DNA of 64,000 nt, taken from Paraspadella gotoi (lineage: Eukaryota; Animalia; Chaetognatha). The notes beneath the pieces were generated by a model. That model was not told the DNA's origin. It ran no database searches and saw only the letters and a program-made list of their open reading frames with translations. The stretch lies in contig CM119268.1 in assembly GCA_051294375.1 (NCBI GenBank), positions 21,658,010 through 21,722,009 of the forward strand. The letters are read 5' to 3'. Every line of letters starts with the position of its first letter. Positions within the stretch are counted from its first letter, which is position 1. A program made the translations under genes and the position numbers. Below, piece after piece: positions 61,501 to 64,000 of the stretch.

Positions 61501-62614
61501 TTATAGTTTTGTAACGAATGCGTCTTCATCGACTTCCTGCGACTGCTGTGACTCCTGCCGCGACCGCTGCTGCATTCTCTGCTGCATGAACTCGGGTTTC
61601 ATCGCGGGTTTCGGTTTCACCGCCGGCGGCGGCGGCCGCAACTTGAAGCCTTCTGGCGAAGCGGCGGGCAGGGCGGGCAAGACCCTTACTGCCCGCGCTC
61701 CTGGCGGAGGCGGATCGTGCTGAGTGAGAGGGCTGCCCGCGACGGCACGAGGCTGCGGCGTCGGGTCATCGAAGCGAGCCCCGTCGTTTGCGGGAGGAAC
61801 GCCTGCTCGACGGGAGTAGGGCGGCTCTCCCATCCCACGTGGCTGCCCGACCAGAGGGCTTTTTGGGGCGACTTCCTGTCTGGGGAACCGCAAGACCGCC
61901 TGTTGGGAAGGCGGCTCCCCTGACGACTGAAGCGCCTGTTCGACCGTAGCGGCTTTGGCGGCGGCTGCAGCGCCTATATCTTCTCTTCCTTCTCCCGGTG
62001 GACGAAAGGCTCCTTCTCTCGACAACCCCGTCGATCGATCATCTTCATCGTCATCATCTTCGTCCAGAAGCCTCGGATCGGATCCTCGACGAAAGCATCG
62101 AGGTTGTTGGTAGTGAGGCGTTGGTGATTGAACAGGCCTTTGGAGTGTCGTCACTGGAGACTGGACGGGACGCTGGAGTGTGTTGACAGTCGATTGGACG
62201 GGACGCTGAAAAGCGTTGCTCGAAGAGTCGTCGGGACTCTCTGAAGGTGGCTGCAACGACATGGAAGGATCATCGAATCCGCAGCCGCCGTGACGAGGCG
62301 CTGCGGACTCCGGATGACGATGGAGATGTTGGGGATGATGTCGGTAGTGTTGAGGAGAAGTCTGAGCCGCTTGACGGGGGCGTCGACGGTCGACTTCGGT
62401 GTGGTCGTTGTAAGAGTGTTCGATCGGAGGATATCTGGGATTGATTTCTGTTTTTAAGAATCCTCAAACGGGAAAGCGGATGAATTCGTCTACCTGAAGT
62501 GATGCTGTTGTTGAATTTGCTGTTGTTGTTGAAGGTCGTTTGATCTCTGAGGTTTGTGTTGACTGACGGAGGAAAAGTCAGAGACGTCACTCGGAAGTCG
62601 ACTCCTGCTCAAAA

Positions 62615-62671
<57 letters not shown>

Positions 62672-63385
62672 AGAGAGGAGATGCAATTATACGAACCTGA
62701 TTGGAATCTCGTACAATGCAAAAGCACAACCAAGCAATTTTATACGAACCTGATTGGAATCTCGTACAAAGTGTCGTCGTGCTTGACCGTCTTGTACTGA
62801 CGCGGAGGCAGCGGGTAATCGGCGAATCGCGGCAAAGGCGAACCCGACTGCGGCGAAGATGGCAGCGGCGATTGCGGCGAAATCGGCGACGGGGAACGCA
62901 CGAGACGAGGCGAATCTATAAGGGGCCGCGGCGATCGCCGGCACCTAGGGCGAGGGGAGGAAAGAAGAGTGAGTGGGTGTGAAAATGTCTTTCGCCTTTC
63001 CCCCGCAGCTGCCCGAACTTACCTCGGCGACAGATTCCCGCCTCCGCTGCTGCTGCATGTGCTGTTGACCTCGGACGAAGTGTAACCGTAATTACGATGT
63101 CCCTCCATCTGCTCCACGTCTCTCCCTTTTCGATGATGATGATGATGATGGTAATGATGCTGCATCAACTGCTGCTCCTTCAGCTGCGGTTCCAACCGCA
63201 GCAGCTTCCCCGGCTGCACCGACCAAGCAATCGCCATCCAGAGTCTCTTTTGGAAAGAGAGAGAATGAGAACTGAACTTTTTGAATCGATGAGCGACGAC
63301 GACGCAACCGGTGATGACGAAGATGAAGATGGGAATTACGGAGAGGGCCCATCCGAAGTGGGTCGACCACTCGGGGTAGTGGTAG
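61501..63385 (-). CDS. SLC6 (sodium:neurotransmitter symporter) family transporter, 3' exons; gene starts beyond the window end
   Basis: Exon 63385-63023 begins YHYPEWSTHFGWALSVIPIFIF (SLC6 TM12 YxYPxW...GW motif), then in-phase exons 62944-62750, 62604-62494 and 62434-61501, ending ...EDAFVTKL*. Confidence 0.75.
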
Positions 63386-63700
63386 CTGTGGGGGAAAAGA
63401 GGAAGAGGGCTCTGGTCAATAGAGCATTTAAAAGTAACAAAAAATGAGAATATAAACGGGATTTCAATCATTCATCGTCGATTTTACTGTAAGTCATGTC
63501 TGTAGAATTCAATGGTGATAATGAATTTTTTCCATGAAAACCGTCTTGTTTGTCGCCCGAAGCGATTTTTAAAGCTTGTTTGATGCAAAAAAATATAAGA
63601 GAAAACTAAAAAATTAGTGTGGGACCAAGCTTTAGTTTATAGGAAAAATAACGAGAATTCTATAAATACAATATAAATATTTTGTGTTTGGGAGTGTGGG

Positions 63701-63731
<31 letters not shown>

Positions 63732-64000
63732 ATTGGAGACGGATTCGCGTGGACGCCGATGGACCGATGGAAACTACGAACATTTATAAACTCCTTTCAG
63801 TTATAAATAATCTTTATTGATTGTCATTACTTATCATTTATTGATCTGTTTCCTTTTAGTGAAAGAGTATCGTGCTATATTAATAAATGATATGTGTCAG
63901 AATATATGGTTCTTGGTCCGCGTCTCCCTCATTCATATTGTGCGCCTCTGTATCTCTCTCAGATCCATACAGTAGGACTTTTAGCATCTGTCGACAGCGC

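Overview
AT-rich, intron-rich eukaryotic (most likely invertebrate animal) genomic DNA with two N-gaps (28097-28121, 45926-45935); the species cannot be determined from sequence alone. Exon chains were reconstructed by hand from GT-AG boundaries and reading phase. Genes: (1) the 3' end of one and a near-complete second GAF-GAF-PDE10-like gene in tandem on +, with catalytic residues replaced (candidate pseudo-phosphodiesterases); (2) a 649-aa type II transmembrane trypsin-like protease on - with two trefoil domains and a long Pro-rich cytoplasmic tail; (3) a small single-pass membrane protein; (4) the 5' exons of an unc-76/FEZ homologue on +; (5) a low-complexity Pro/Thr/Lys-rich gene on -; (6) the 3' end of an SLC6 transporter with a ~500-aa C-terminal tail ending in a PDZ-type motif. 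Introns and intergenic DNA hold nested non-autonomous elements: several families of miniature LTR elements (TRIMs) with tRNA-like Pol III A/B boxes inside their LTRs, Penelope-type remnants with minimal hammerhead ribozymes, hAT MITEs with 8-bp nTnnnnAn TSDs, Helentron/DINE-1-like elements, Tc1 and Kolobok-like relics, two identically truncated tRNA-Leu 3' fragments and minisatellites. A 2.4-kb inverted duplication next to a gap is probably an assembly artefact. Family assignments rest on recalled motifs, not database searches.
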